The notes: generated by a model from the sequence alone, not told the origin. Counted from the first letter of the stretch, positions 1 to 8,582 are shown. The stretch: 64,000 nucleotides of DNA from an uncultured virus (IMG/VR IMGVR_UViG_3300040806_001404) (IMGVR_UViG_3300040806_001404), one strand, 5' to 3'. Program-made: numbers and translations.

Positions 1-1591
1 AACCATAATCTTCGTTTTTACTCATAACACATCTTTCTCTATGAGTATAATTATCTTGGCAAAGTTCTTTTCTTATGTATAAGAATTCTAATGCTTCTTC
101 ATAGTCTTTCTTTTTAAGAGTTGAAGCGATAAGCTGAGGAAGAGATATTCCACAATGGTCAATTTCTGAATCCATTGGGTTAAGCTTTCTATCAGCATTC
201 CAACCGCCGCCAAGCTGTACATTTTGATTAGTAAATCCATAAACATCGAATGGTATGTTAACTGTTTTACAGAAAACAACTAGATGAATAAGTTGCTCTA
301 AAACATCTCCCATAATATCATTCATAGAACCTGAAAAATCGATTAGCATAAACATACCATGATTTTTAGCATCAGCTAATCTAGTAACTCGAGCAAATAT
401 ATCTTCATTAGTTTTATAAGACCATAATCTATTAACGTCTATAGAACCTGTTTTCGCTGTTTGAGCTCTTGAGTATCTGTAACCAGCTTTTCTCATTTCA
501 AATTCTTTAACTGCAAAGTTGACATTCTTTTTAACACCTTTAATATATTGTTTGAAATTATCTCTAATTTCGTCATAAGTTAAAGCTTCAGCTTCGTAAT
601 AATTATTGACATTAACAGTATTTAACCAGTCAATGTTTTCAGCAATTTTTTCTTTTCTTTCCTTTGCTAATTGTTTGTATGGTGTAACAATCTTGTCAGC
701 AATTTCTTTTCTAAATTCATTACCAATTAAAATTTGCTCACCATTTTCGTCAACATCTAAAAGAGTGTGTTCTTTTCTTCTGAATGTTTCATCAGTTTCA
801 GATACATCTTCTTCAACATTTCCTTTACTTTCAGCTTCTGTGTTTTCTTCAACTTCTTTATCTTCAGTTAGTTGTTTTGAATCATCGCCTCTTTGTTTCG
901 ATTCTGCTTGAGCTTCCTCTTCTTCTGATTTTTCCATATCGTCATGGCCCATTTGAGGTTGTTGCTCTTGTTTTTCTTCTTCACCTTCTTCTGGTAAATC
1001 AGCAACTTCAGGCTCAGGTGGATTTAATAACTCTTCTTGGTTATCTTTAGTATATTGCAATATATCTCTTACTAGGTTAGTGACGTCTTCAAAGGTCACT
1101 GTTTGCATAGCTCTATCCATATATACTTGTTCTTCATCAGTGAATGGTACATCAAGTAGATTTCCTACTTTAGCGTGCAAATTGATTTTATCAATCAACT
1201 TTACTTTATCCCAATTAAGAGAAGCGGTGTCTCCAAAGAAACCATCATCAAACAATTGCTTATATCCTCTTGACATAGGACCAACTAAACCAACGTATGC
1301 TTCTTTTATATGTCTTTCGATACGAGCATCTTCAACAACATTAATATACGAACGAGGACAGCCTTCTAGCTTTTCAGGACTATCATGCCAACCTTCGAAA
1401 GGTGTAAAGAGTGCATGTCCTACTTCGTGTCCAATTAATAAATCAGATACGTCTTTACCCATATCTTTCCACATAGGTAATCCAAGTGTTCTATTTTTAA
1501 TATCGAACCAAGCTGTTTGATAATTACCATATTGCACAGTAATATTTTCTCTAGCCATTAGTTTCGCGAGGGTGCTTTTGTGTTTAATCAT
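1..1591 (-). CDS. HEXXH metallopeptidase-like / VWA-domain (CobT-like) protein, truncated by the window edge
   Basis: Not in the ORF track because it runs off position 1. Hand translation from ATG at 1591 gives MIKHKSTLAKLMARENITVQ...LLIGHEVGHALFTP...INVVEDARIE, an acidic linker, then KNHGMFMLIDFSGSM (VWA MIDAS DxSxS). AGGA SD and a promoter lie upstream. Confidence 0.8.
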   Translation of the reverse strand, partial: MIKHKSTLAKLMARENITVQYGNYQTAWFDIKNRTLGLPMWKDMGKDVSDLLIGHEVGHALFTPFEGWHDSPEKLEGCPRSYINVVEDARIERHIKEAYVGLVGPMSRGYKQLFDDGFFGDTASLNWDKVKLIDKINLHAKVGNLLDVPFTDEEQVYMDRAMQTVTFEDVTNLVRDILQYTKDNQEELLNPPEPEVADLPEEGEEEKQEQQPQMGHDDMEKSEEEEAQAESKQRGDDSKQLTEDKEVEENTEAESKGNVEEDVSETDETFRRKEHTLLDVDENGEQILIGNEFRKEIADKIVTPYKQLAKERKEKIAENIDWLNTVNVNNYYEAEALTYDEIRDNFKQYIKGVKKNVNFAVKEFEMRKAGYRYSRAQTAKTGSIDVNRLWSYKTNEDIFARVTRLADAKNHGMFMLIDFSGSMNDIMGDVLEQLIHLVVFCKTVNIPFDVYGFTNQNVQLGGGWNADRKLNPMDSEIDHCGISLPQLIASTLKKKDYEEALEFLYIRKELCQDNYTHRERCVMSKNEDYG

Positions 1592-1618
1592 AGGTTTCCT
1601 TATCCTGAATATATGTAT

Positions 1619-1647
1619 ATTATACCATAGTTCAGCGCAAATGTAAA
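1619..1647 (-). promoter_or_regulatory. sigma70-type early promoter
   Basis: Minus strand gTTTACA-N17-TATAAT, with TG extended -10 and an upstream A-tract. Confidence 0.8.
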
Positions 1648-1704
1648 CGATTTTTTTGAAAATAATTTTTAAAAGGTGATAAGAGTGCTAATTATTTTCA
1701 CATG

Positions 1705-1780
1705 TGGTGGAGCTAGAGGGAATCGAACCCACGACCTCCTGGTTGCAAACCAGGCGCTCTCCCAACTGAGCTATAGCCCC
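1705..1780 (-). tRNA. trnA: tRNA-Ala (anticodon UGC), CCA encoded
   Basis: GGGGCTATAGCTCAGTTGGGAGAGCGCCTGGTTTGCAACCAGGAGGTCGTGGGTTCGATTCCCTCTAGCTCCACCA. 76-nt cloverleaf, G3:U70 Ala identity pair, anticodon stem CCTGG/CCAGG. Confidence 0.97.
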
Positions 1781-3496
1781 TCACTTGATTTTTGAGAAAT
1801 TTCTTTCTTTAAAGAACTCTATTTTACTTCTAAATTTGTTTTCGAGTACATCGCCTTTGTGAGATATAATAAACACATTGCTTCCATCATCAAGAGTATC
1901 GAGTATCTTTGTAAGATTATCAACACCATCTAAATCTAAACTTGAATCAAACGTTTCATCCAATATCAGTAGATTTGATGCAGCACTATTTTTCATTTTA
2001 GCAATTTGTCTCCATGTAAAGAGAAGAGCTAAATCGATTCTTTGTTTCTCTCCTTCACTGAATGAAGCATAATTAAATGAATCACGATGCCTTGACCTAA
2101 TTGTTTCATTAAAGTTTTCATCTAAATGGAACGATACAAAGAAGTCAAGTATCTGTAAATACTGATTAATCAACCTGTTCATCACTGGTAAATATTGCTT
2201 AATAACTTTAGTCTTGATACCAGTGTCTTTTAGCATTTCACCAATAACTTCATTATAGGTTCTTTCTTCTACATACTCTAATTTCTTTTCAGTCGACTTA
2301 TCTTTATTCTTTCTTAAATCAGTTAAATCTTTTTTAGCTTTCGAAACATCTCCAGTTTGACCTTGAAGATTGTCGATTTCTTTTTGGACTTTGTTAACTT
2401 CTTTTTGAAGAAGAGCTATAGCATCATTATTACTATTAATCTTCTGTTGTCTTTGGCGAAGAGCATTAAGACTATTTGATACTTCTTGTTGTTCTGATTT
2501 TAGTTCAGCAATACTTTTTGATAAGTCACCTTTTGCTGTTTGTATTTCCTTTGCCTTAAGTTTAACTGATTCAATCTTTTCTGTTTTAAGTTGTTCATCT
2601 ATAGCTTGGTCGCATGTTGGACAGTTATCATTGTCTTCATAGAATCTACTTTCATCTACTAATCCTTTTATCTTATCATTAAATGACATGTCATAAGAAT
2701 CTAGTTGAGACATTTTCTTTACGATTTCTGTACTATGTTTTTCTTCTGTTGATATAGCAACTGTAAGATTCTTTCCAAGCTCTTTACTTTCATCAAACAA
2801 TTTGTTAATATCTTCTTTATGAGTATTAATCGATTCTCTTTTGTTTTGAATTTGGTCGTCGTTTAGTTCTTGTAAATCTTTGATATACTTACTTTGTGAA
2901 TCCATCTTAGTCTTGAAAATATCTATTTGATGGTTAATATCAGTAAGTTCTTCTTTTATCTTAGAGTTTCTTTCCTTTAATAGCATATTCATCTTAGAAA
3001 AGATGTTGATATCTAGTAGGTCTTCAATAATATTTCTTCGAGACCAAACTGGTAATTGCATAAATGGTATAAAGGAAGATGAACCAAGTACAACTACCTG
3101 GTGAAATGATTTATGATTTAGCTTTAGGATATTTTGTTCTAAGAACTTTTGATAATCTCTTGCATTTGAAGCCTGGTTTATAAGATTACCATTTTGATAT
3201 ATTTCGAACTTCCCTGGTTTTATACCTCTTACAATCTTAAAGTCATGACTTCCTATTGTCATTTCAACTGTAACGATAGTACCTTTTTTATTGATACTAT
3301 TAATCATTTGGTCTTTCTTTATATCTCTATGAGGTTTACCAAATAAGCCAAACGATAAAGCATCTAATAAAGTAGATTTGCCTGCGCCATTTTGGCCAAT
3401 GATTAATGTTGATGGTGTTCTATCTAATTGTATTTTTATTGGGTCACTTCCAGTGGATAGAAAATTCTTCCACTCACATGATTTAAAATGTATCAT
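1781..3496 (-). CDS. gp46: Rad50/SbcC-like recombination endonuclease subunit
   Basis: Walker A GQNGAGKS, CPTC zinc hook, SFSEGE signature, LILDE Walker B, coiled coils. Confidence 0.95.
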   Translation of the reverse strand: MIHFKSCEWKNFLSTGSDPIKIQLDRTPSTLIIGQNGAGKSTLLDALSFGLFGKPHRDIKKDQMINSINKKGTIVTVEMTIGSHDFKIVRGIKPGKFEIYQNGNLINQASNARDYQKFLEQNILKLNHKSFHQVVVLGSSSFIPFMQLPVWSRRNIIEDLLDINIFSKMNMLLKERNSKIKEELTDINHQIDIFKTKMDSQSKYIKDLQELNDDQIQNKRESINTHKEDINKLFDESKELGKNLTVAISTEEKHSTEIVKKMSQLDSYDMSFNDKIKGLVDESRFYEDNDNCPTCDQAIDEQLKTEKIESVKLKAKEIQTAKGDLSKSIAELKSEQQEVSNSLNALRQRQQKINSNNDAIALLQKEVNKVQKEIDNLQGQTGDVSKAKKDLTDLRKNKDKSTEKKLEYVEERTYNEVIGEMLKDTGIKTKVIKQYLPVMNRLINQYLQILDFFVSFHLDENFNETIRSRHRDSFNYASFSEGEKQRIDLALLFTWRQIAKMKNSAASNLLILDETFDSSLDLDGVDNLTKILDTLDDGSNVFIISHKGDVLENKFRSKIEFFKERNFSKIK

Positions 3497-4554
3497 ACTA
3501 CCTCGAGGTTTTGTGCTTCTGTATATAGCTTTCTTAATTCAACTTTGATATGTTCTTTATCTAAGTCGGTATCTACAGCTTCAACATAAGAATCTAGAAG
3601 TTCATTTGTATCTTCAAGGGATATTTTCTCGTCTTGTACGCTTTCTCCCAGATACTCTTCAAAAGATTCAGCAATCTTTAATTCATATGTTTCAATGTTT
3701 TGTAATCTATCAACAAACTTATCAAACATATACAAGTCATTTTTATTTATAACAATCAGCTTAATAAAATGTTTCTCAAACTGACTGACATCTATTTTGT
3801 CATAATCAGTTTTTAAGTCATCGTATATAACCTTTTTGAATATGGTTATTGGATTTCTTACAGCTTCGATTTCTCTTGTTTCAGTATCAAGGACATGAAA
3901 GTACTTAGGGTCATCTACGTCAGCCCAGGTAAATTCCATTTGAGAACCAAGATAAGTCACATTTCCCTGGCTTGATTTAGTATGGAAATGACCTGATAAA
4001 ACCATTTCAAATCTTGAAAATACATCAGCACTCATTCCATGTGGATTAGGCATCCCTGCCATCATGTCGAATCCTTTCAATTCCAAATGAGCTCCTAATA
4101 TTGGAGCTTTGCATTGCATAGCCCATTTAGTATATTCTTGATAGTTTGCGTTATTAATCCAAGGTATAACTGCAACTCCAAGTCCATCATAATCTAATAC
4201 AGTTGGCTTCATTACAATATTGACATTAGAAGTAAAATAACCTAAGAGTTCTTTAAGTGAACATAACTCATTAGTATTCTTAAAATAAACATCATGATTA
4301 CCAGGAATGATATCCATAGTAATTCCAGCATCACGTAAAGGTTCTAGAAAATGTTTACGATTTTGATTAAGAGCTTTAAAGTTGACAAACTTACGATGTT
4401 CATAATAGTCTCCTAAGTGTAATATGTTCTTAATGTTATGTTCTTTTAGATAAGGAAAAAATACCTCTTCATAAAAGCGTTCTTGATATTGTAAAAAAAT
4501 ATCACTGCTATTCCTAACACCACAATGAGTGTCATTCAATATTGCTACTTTCAT
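3493..4554 (-). CDS. gp47: Mre11/SbcD-like recombination nuclease subunit
   Basis: Phosphoesterase motifs DTH, LGD, GNHD, GHFH; adjacent to gp46. Confidence 0.95.
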   Translation of the reverse strand: MKVAILNDTHCGVRNSSDIFLQYQERFYEEVFFPYLKEHNIKNILHLGDYYEHRKFVNFKALNQNRKHFLEPLRDAGITMDIIPGNHDVYFKNTNELCSLKELLGYFTSNVNIVMKPTVLDYDGLGVAVIPWINNANYQEYTKWAMQCKAPILGAHLELKGFDMMAGMPNPHGMSADVFSRFEMVLSGHFHTKSSQGNVTYLGSQMEFTWADVDDPKYFHVLDTETREIEAVRNPITIFKKVIYDDLKTDYDKIDVSQFEKHFIKLIVINKNDLYMFDKFVDRLQNIETYELKIAESFEEYLGESVQDEKISLEDTNELLDSYVEAVDTDLDKEHIKVELRKLYTEAQNLEVV

Positions 4555-4754
4555 GTTGCTCTAGATGCTGCCACTTGTTTTGCGAGCTTACTCATTTTTC
4601 TTTGAGCTCTTGCAATTCTTTTGTGTGACTGTTTGATTAATAGCATTTGAGCCATTACGTTATCTCTTCGTTCTTTTCTAAGAGCAGTTTTTCTAATTCT
4701 TTTTTTCATAACACGAATGTGTCTTTGATTTTGTTGTGTACTTACTTTTTTCAT
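4551..4754 (-). CDS. small, very basic hypothetical protein
   Basis: 67 aa, Lys/Arg-rich; overlapping stop/start junctions with gp55 and gp47. Confidence 0.75.
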   Translation of the reverse strand: MKKVSTQQNQRHIRVMKKRIRKTALRKERRDNVMAQMLLIKQSHKRIARAQRKMSKLAKQVAASRAT

Positions 4755-5329
4755 TACATAAACAGCTCAAGTTTTTCTTTCTCTCGCTTCTTCTCCTCTT
4801 TTGCAAATTTCTTAATAGCTTCATCTTTAGTACGTATAGTACCAATCCTTTGTCTTAATGTATCAACATAAGCCATCGTTTGTTCAGCGCCTTCATTGTC
4901 CATACCCATTTGTACAAAATCTTCAATACCCATTTTCTCAATGAATTTAAATTTGATATCTTGTTGTTTCTTTTCTTTAGTTATTCTACGTATAAAAGCA
5001 AAATAACATATTTGAGTGAAGTATGAAAATGCATTAGGTTTACCTGTTCTTGTAGCAGTTTCAATGTTATAGTTTCCTATTGCTCTTAAGCAATTTTCAA
5101 CGGCATCCATAACCATTTCTTCTCTATAAGTGTACCGAACGAAGTTCGGTCTGTGAGACAGTCCCTCTGATATTCTAATGAAACATTTTGCAATGTAATC
5201 AGGAACAGTAGGAACTTTTTTATCAGCCTTTCTGCATGCATGAGCTTCTACTGCATAATCCATAACGGCTTCAGAGAATTCTCTATTGTTAACGTAATGT
5301 GGTTTATCTTTTGGTTTGACCTTAGTCAT
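4754..5329 (-). CDS. gp55: late transcription sigma factor
   Basis: HYVNN, LSHRPNF..YTYREEM..DAVENCL, NAFSYFTQICYFAFIRRI.KEKKQ motifs; upstream of gp47. Confidence 0.95.
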   Translation of the reverse strand: MTKVKPKDKPHYVNNREFSEAVMDYAVEAHACRKADKKVPTVPDYIAKCFIRISEGLSHRPNFVRYTYREEMVMDAVENCLRAIGNYNIETATRTGKPNAFSYFTQICYFAFIRRITKEKKQQDIKFKFIEKMGIEDFVQMGMDNEGAEQTMAYVDTLRQRIGTIRTKDEAIKKFAKEEKKREKEKLELFM

Positions 5330-5351
5330 AATATTTTCTCCATAATATACT

Positions 5352-5380
5352 ATTATACCACATTTTGGCGTAAAAGTAAA
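5352..5380 (-). promoter_or_regulatory. sigma70-type promoter for the gp55-47-46-tRNA unit
   Basis: TTTACT-N17-TATAAT with TG extension; GGAG SD downstream. Confidence 0.8.
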
Positions 5381-5425
5381 GGAATAATTTAATTAAATTT
5401 ATTTCACTTTTTTGTGAAAAAGTCC

Positions 5426-5454
5426 TTTACATTTGCCTGTTTTTATGGTATAAT
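5426..5454 (+). promoter_or_regulatory. sigma70-type promoter, divergent from the gp55 promoter, with no protein gene downstream
   Basis: TTTACA(5426-5431)-N17-TATAAT(5449-5454) with TG extension; same consensus as the three minus-strand promoters. Confidence 0.7.
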
Positions 5455-5487
5455 ATATTAACACCCGGAGCGGTAGAGGATACTATA

Positions 5488-5886
5488 TTAATGTAGTGTT
5501 CTCTTTTTATCCAGCTCAATGAGTGGTTCCTCATCATATAAGTCAGTACCAGTTGCAAGACGAGACTCGTACTCTTGTAAGAGCTCTTGGTCTGTTTTGG
5601 TCTGAACTGTTTGAATCGGATTATCCATTTTAAGAGCAAAGTTTACATACGTATCTTTTATAGTCTCTGCTATAGGTACGTGCTGTATTATATTATTCTT
5701 AAAAACTTTAAATTGTTTTGCTTCGCTGAAAGGAAACCATGCTACAAATTGTATACCACCCAACACACTTGGATTGAGTTTAACTGGTCTTTCAATGATA
5801 AAGTTATCATCATTCTTAATAGCGACAAGACCAATAATCTCTTCGCCATTCATTAATTTGAAGTGTCTTATATTTAATCCTTCCAT
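5488..5886 (-). CDS. conserved T4-like hypothetical protein, probable Sm-like fold
   Basis: N-terminal FKLMNGEEIIG...IERPV pattern; lies between uvsW and gp55; has its own late promoter. Confidence 0.7.
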   Translation of the reverse strand: MEGLNIRHFKLMNGEEIIGLVAIKNDDNFIIERPVKLNPSVLGGIQFVAWFPFSEAKQFKVFKNNIIQHVPIAETIKDTYVNFALKMDNPIQTVQTKTDQELLQEYESRLATGTDLYDEEPLIELDKKRTLH

Positions 5887-5887
5887 A

Positions 5888-7384
5888 TTATATATTTATA
5901 TCAAACATTTTGTAGTTAAATCGCTCCTTAGAATATATTTTAATTCTTTCAGCTGCATGTTGTAGGGTATAGTTCTTTTGATTTTTCCAGTGTAAGTCAT
6001 CTGCTATATCATATATCTTTGTATCTTGACCATCTTCACTCTTCCTTAATCCTCTCCCGATTGATTGTAGGACTCTAATTTGACTCTTGCTTGGAGAGGC
6101 AAATATAATATTATGAAGATTACGTATATTAATCCCAGTAGAAAAAGTCCCAATACTTGCGACAATAATCGCGTCTTTCTCTTTCTCGGTAATCTCACGG
6201 ACTGACTCTCTTGTATCGACATCGGTTTCTCCAGATACGTAAAATAGCTTTCTTTTTTCTGGCATTTTATCTTGCAACATTGAATGTAAAGGTTTGCCAT
6301 GTTTATCCACATAATTAAAGAGTATCAATGTATTTCCTTTTTGGTCTAAAGCTAAATTACTTATAAAGGTATTTCTTGGTTCATATCTTACAATAAAATC
6401 TAGTTCTTGTTGATATTTCTCTTTAACTATCTGCTTACAGTATTCTTCTTTATATTTTAATATAAGTATATTTATATCTAATTGACTTAAATCGTCATTA
6501 TCCATTAATTCTTTTGTAGTTGTCACTTGATATACTGGACCAAATAATCCTTCCAATACAAGCTGATGAGTTTGAGTTCCGTCCAATGTTCCAGTAGTAC
6601 CAATACGATATTTTGCTTCAGTACATTTCTCTAATATACTCGTTAACGACTTAGCTTTAAAATTATGTGCTTCATCTCCTATCACCATCCCAAAACCGGC
6701 GAACCAAGATTGTGGTAATTTATAAACTGATTGCCAAGTTGATATAATAACTCTCTGATTTACGTTATGTTTCTCTCTACCTGAATATATTCTATGGCAA
6801 TTATCGGCATGAGACCAAGTATCCTTAGAAGAATAGTCTCCGAAATCAGAATACATTTGCTCTACCAATGATGTTGTAGGTACTATAAGCAAAACATTAC
6901 CTTCAAAAACATCAAGGTAATATCGTATAGCCAAATATATGATTAAACTCTTCCCAGAAGCAGTAGGTGATAGCAATAACGTTTTTTCCTGAGAAAGCGT
7001 GTGCGACAGTCCCTCCAACTGATATGGGCGGGGTGTTATATCAGCTCCATTCACAGAAAGGGCCATTTGTGATAATAGCCCATTTATGTCAGGGCTGAGG
7101 GATGACTGCAGTGCACCATAGGTAGGGGAATCAACCACTTCTAGGGTATAATCTCTCACGTCACAAAACTCCTGCAAATATTTGTGCAATCCTGTATATA
7201 ATGTTTTCTTTCTAGAGTCAAATAATCTTATTTTGCCATCCCACATTCTATTTCTATATGCAGGCATAAACTTATAACCTGGAACAAAGAACTGGAAATG
7301 TTCTGATAGTTCCATCTCAATTGATGGGTCGCATTGGATGTTTAAGAAGACTTCATTCTTCTTTTGAATAGTGACAGTATCCAT
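5888..7384 (-). CDS. uvsW: SF2 DNA helicase UvsW
   Basis: SPTASGKS, GDEAH, TGT, QSIGRGLR motifs; N-terminal F.VPGYKFMP.YR...WDGKIRL. Confidence 0.95.
   Translation of the reverse strand: MDTVTIQKKNEVFLNIQCDPSIEMELSEHFQFFVPGYKFMPAYRNRMWDGKIRLFDSRKKTLYTGLHKYLQEFCDVRDYTLEVVDSPTYGALQSSLSPDINGLLSQMALSVNGADITPRPYQLEGLSHTLSQEKTLLLSPTASGKSLIIYLAIRYYLDVFEGNVLLIVPTTSLVEQMYSDFGDYSSKDTWSHADNCHRIYSGREKHNVNQRVIISTWQSVYKLPQSWFAGFGMVIGDEAHNFKAKSLTSILEKCTEAKYRIGTTGTLDGTQTHQLVLEGLFGPVYQVTTTKELMDNDDLSQLDINILILKYKEEYCKQIVKEKYQQELDFIVRYEPRNTFISNLALDQKGNTLILFNYVDKHGKPLHSMLQDKMPEKRKLFYVSGETDVDTRESVREITEKEKDAIIVASIGTFSTGINIRNLHNIIFASPSKSQIRVLQSIGRGLRKSEDGQDTKIYDIADDLHWKNQKNYTLQHAAERIKIYSKERFNYKMFDINI
5893..5900 (-). 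promoter_or_regulatory. T4 late promoter TATAAATA
   Basis: Exact consensus within the last codons of uvsW, 6 nt before the ATG at 5886. Confidence 0.75.
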
Positions 7385-7830
7385 TAGACTCCGCTAGTAA
7401 ATTTTCTCCACTCAATCATGTTTTTTATATTTTGGTGTCGCCATTTAACGTTTTCTAATATCTCTTTTAATGTACTACAAACTTCTTCAAGATACTGTAT
7501 TTTTGCCTGATGTTCTTGTATCACTGGGTCGGCATTATAGTAATAGTCCATATCGCCTTTTAATACAGTGAGTCCATTTAATGGGTCATAGTCCCAGCCT
7601 TTTTCATCTATCTGTTCTTTACTCATTTTGCCATTATAATGCATCCACTTGTCTTTAAGTATAACCTTAAATTCAAGTTCAGCTTTCTTGAGTTTCATAC
7701 GATTTATTGAAAGAAGTTCTAGGTATTTACCATGTAATTTAGCGGAATCTCTTGATGTCTCATCTAAATTCATTTCATCGATGATTGAGTCAGTTTTCCA
7801 CATTTCTAAGATTTGTTGCAAATTATTCAT
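7384..7830 (-). CDS. uvsY: recombination mediator UvsY
   Basis: W..DS.ID, LH.KYL and IKNMIEWRKF.SG terminus; synteny. Confidence 0.9.
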   Translation of the reverse strand: MNNLQQILEMWKTDSIIDEMNLDETSRDSAKLHGKYLELLSINRMKLKKAELEFKVILKDKWMHYNGKMSKEQIDEKGWDYDPLNGLTVLKGDMDYYYNADPVIQEHQAKIQYLEEVCSTLKEILENVKWRHQNIKNMIEWRKFTSGV

Positions 7831-7837
7831 AATATAT

Positions 7838-7866
7838 ATTATACCATATTTTAGTGTATTTGTAAA
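7838..7866 (-). promoter_or_regulatory. sigma70-type promoter for uvsY
   Basis: gTTTACA-N17-TATAAT with TG extension; only 7 nt between the -10 box and the ATG. Confidence 0.8.
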
Positions 7867-7874
7867 CGGTTTTT

Positions 7875-8345
7875 TTACTTAAATTCAAAATAAGTGTAAC
7901 CAAATCCAACATCCATTTGAACAAATTCAACGCTTTCAGCTTGTGCGTTAAATTCTATAGGTGCCATACTTGTTGGAAACACTCCTTTGAATTCAACTTC
8001 TTTAACTACATTATTGTGGGATGTAAGTATAAGAAGAGTAGCATCGACCTTTAAATCTTCTGCATCTTTTTGCTGAGCAATTTTATGCATCCAATCAAAA
8101 GTCTCTATATAGTTATCTAGGTTTTCTGTTATATTAATACGTAATGATAAATCATCAAATGTAATTCTATCACCTGTAAATGCTAAATTTACTCCACGAT
8201 AACTTTGTTCGGCTTTAGTCATACTAAGACCTGGCAACGTAGCCGCAACAGCAAAATATTCTAAATTAGGATAAAGATTGCTGGAAATTTTAAATTGAAA
8301 TCCTACTGGACTTAAAAAATTCTTATTTGTAGTTAACGTTGCCAT
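7875..8345 (-). CDS. gp3: tail completion / tube terminator protein
   Basis: NFLSPVGFQF, LPG, GD...FDDL, DATLLILTS, FPTS motifs; synteny after gp23. Confidence 0.88.
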   Translation of the reverse strand: MATLTTNKNFLSPVGFQFKISSNLYPNLEYFAVAATLPGLSMTKAEQSYRGVNLAFTGDRITFDDLSLRINITENLDNYIETFDWMHKIAQQKDAEDLKVDATLLILTSHNNVVKEVEFKGVFPTSMAPIEFNAQAESVEFVQMDVGFGYTYFEFK

Positions 8346-8350
8346 ATATC

Positions 8351-8358
8351 TATTTATA
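8351..8358 (-). promoter_or_regulatory. T4 late promoter TATAAATA
   Basis: TATAAATA-GATAT-ATG. Confidence 0.85.
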
Positions 8359-8366
8359 CGAGTTTA

Positions 8367-8582
8367 TTACTTACTATTAACAAATTCGTTTAATTCACCA
8401 GCAATTGCTATCACATCGCCTGCGCTAATTGAAGCGGCTGGTAAAGGTTTCTTATCATCTGGATGATTATCGTTATGCATATAAATTGCATCGACTTTTC
8501 TCTGGATGTTTTGCTCTAATAAACCTTGAGCTTGGTGTAGTAAGTCGGCTCTTATTTCAAAGCCTGATTTTCCGTTTGACAT
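8367..8582 (-). CDS. small hypothetical protein (FEIR.DLL...A.ELNEFV type)
   Basis: 71-aa ORF with a strong AGGAG SD, filling the gp23-gp3 gap. Confidence 0.8.
   Translation of the reverse strand: MSNGKSGFEIRADLLHQAQGLLEQNIQRKVDAIYMHNDNHPDDKKPLPAASISAGDVIAIAGELNEFVNSK

Noticed and set aside
1705..1780. tRNA as a prophage attachment site
   Set aside because: Phage genes lie on both sides, and there is no integrase or duplicated tRNA 3' end.
3744..3751. TATAAATA inside gp47 (also 54694-54701, and plus strand 63879-63886)
   Set aside because: They are not positioned near a gene start, and such matches are expected by chance in AT-rich DNA.
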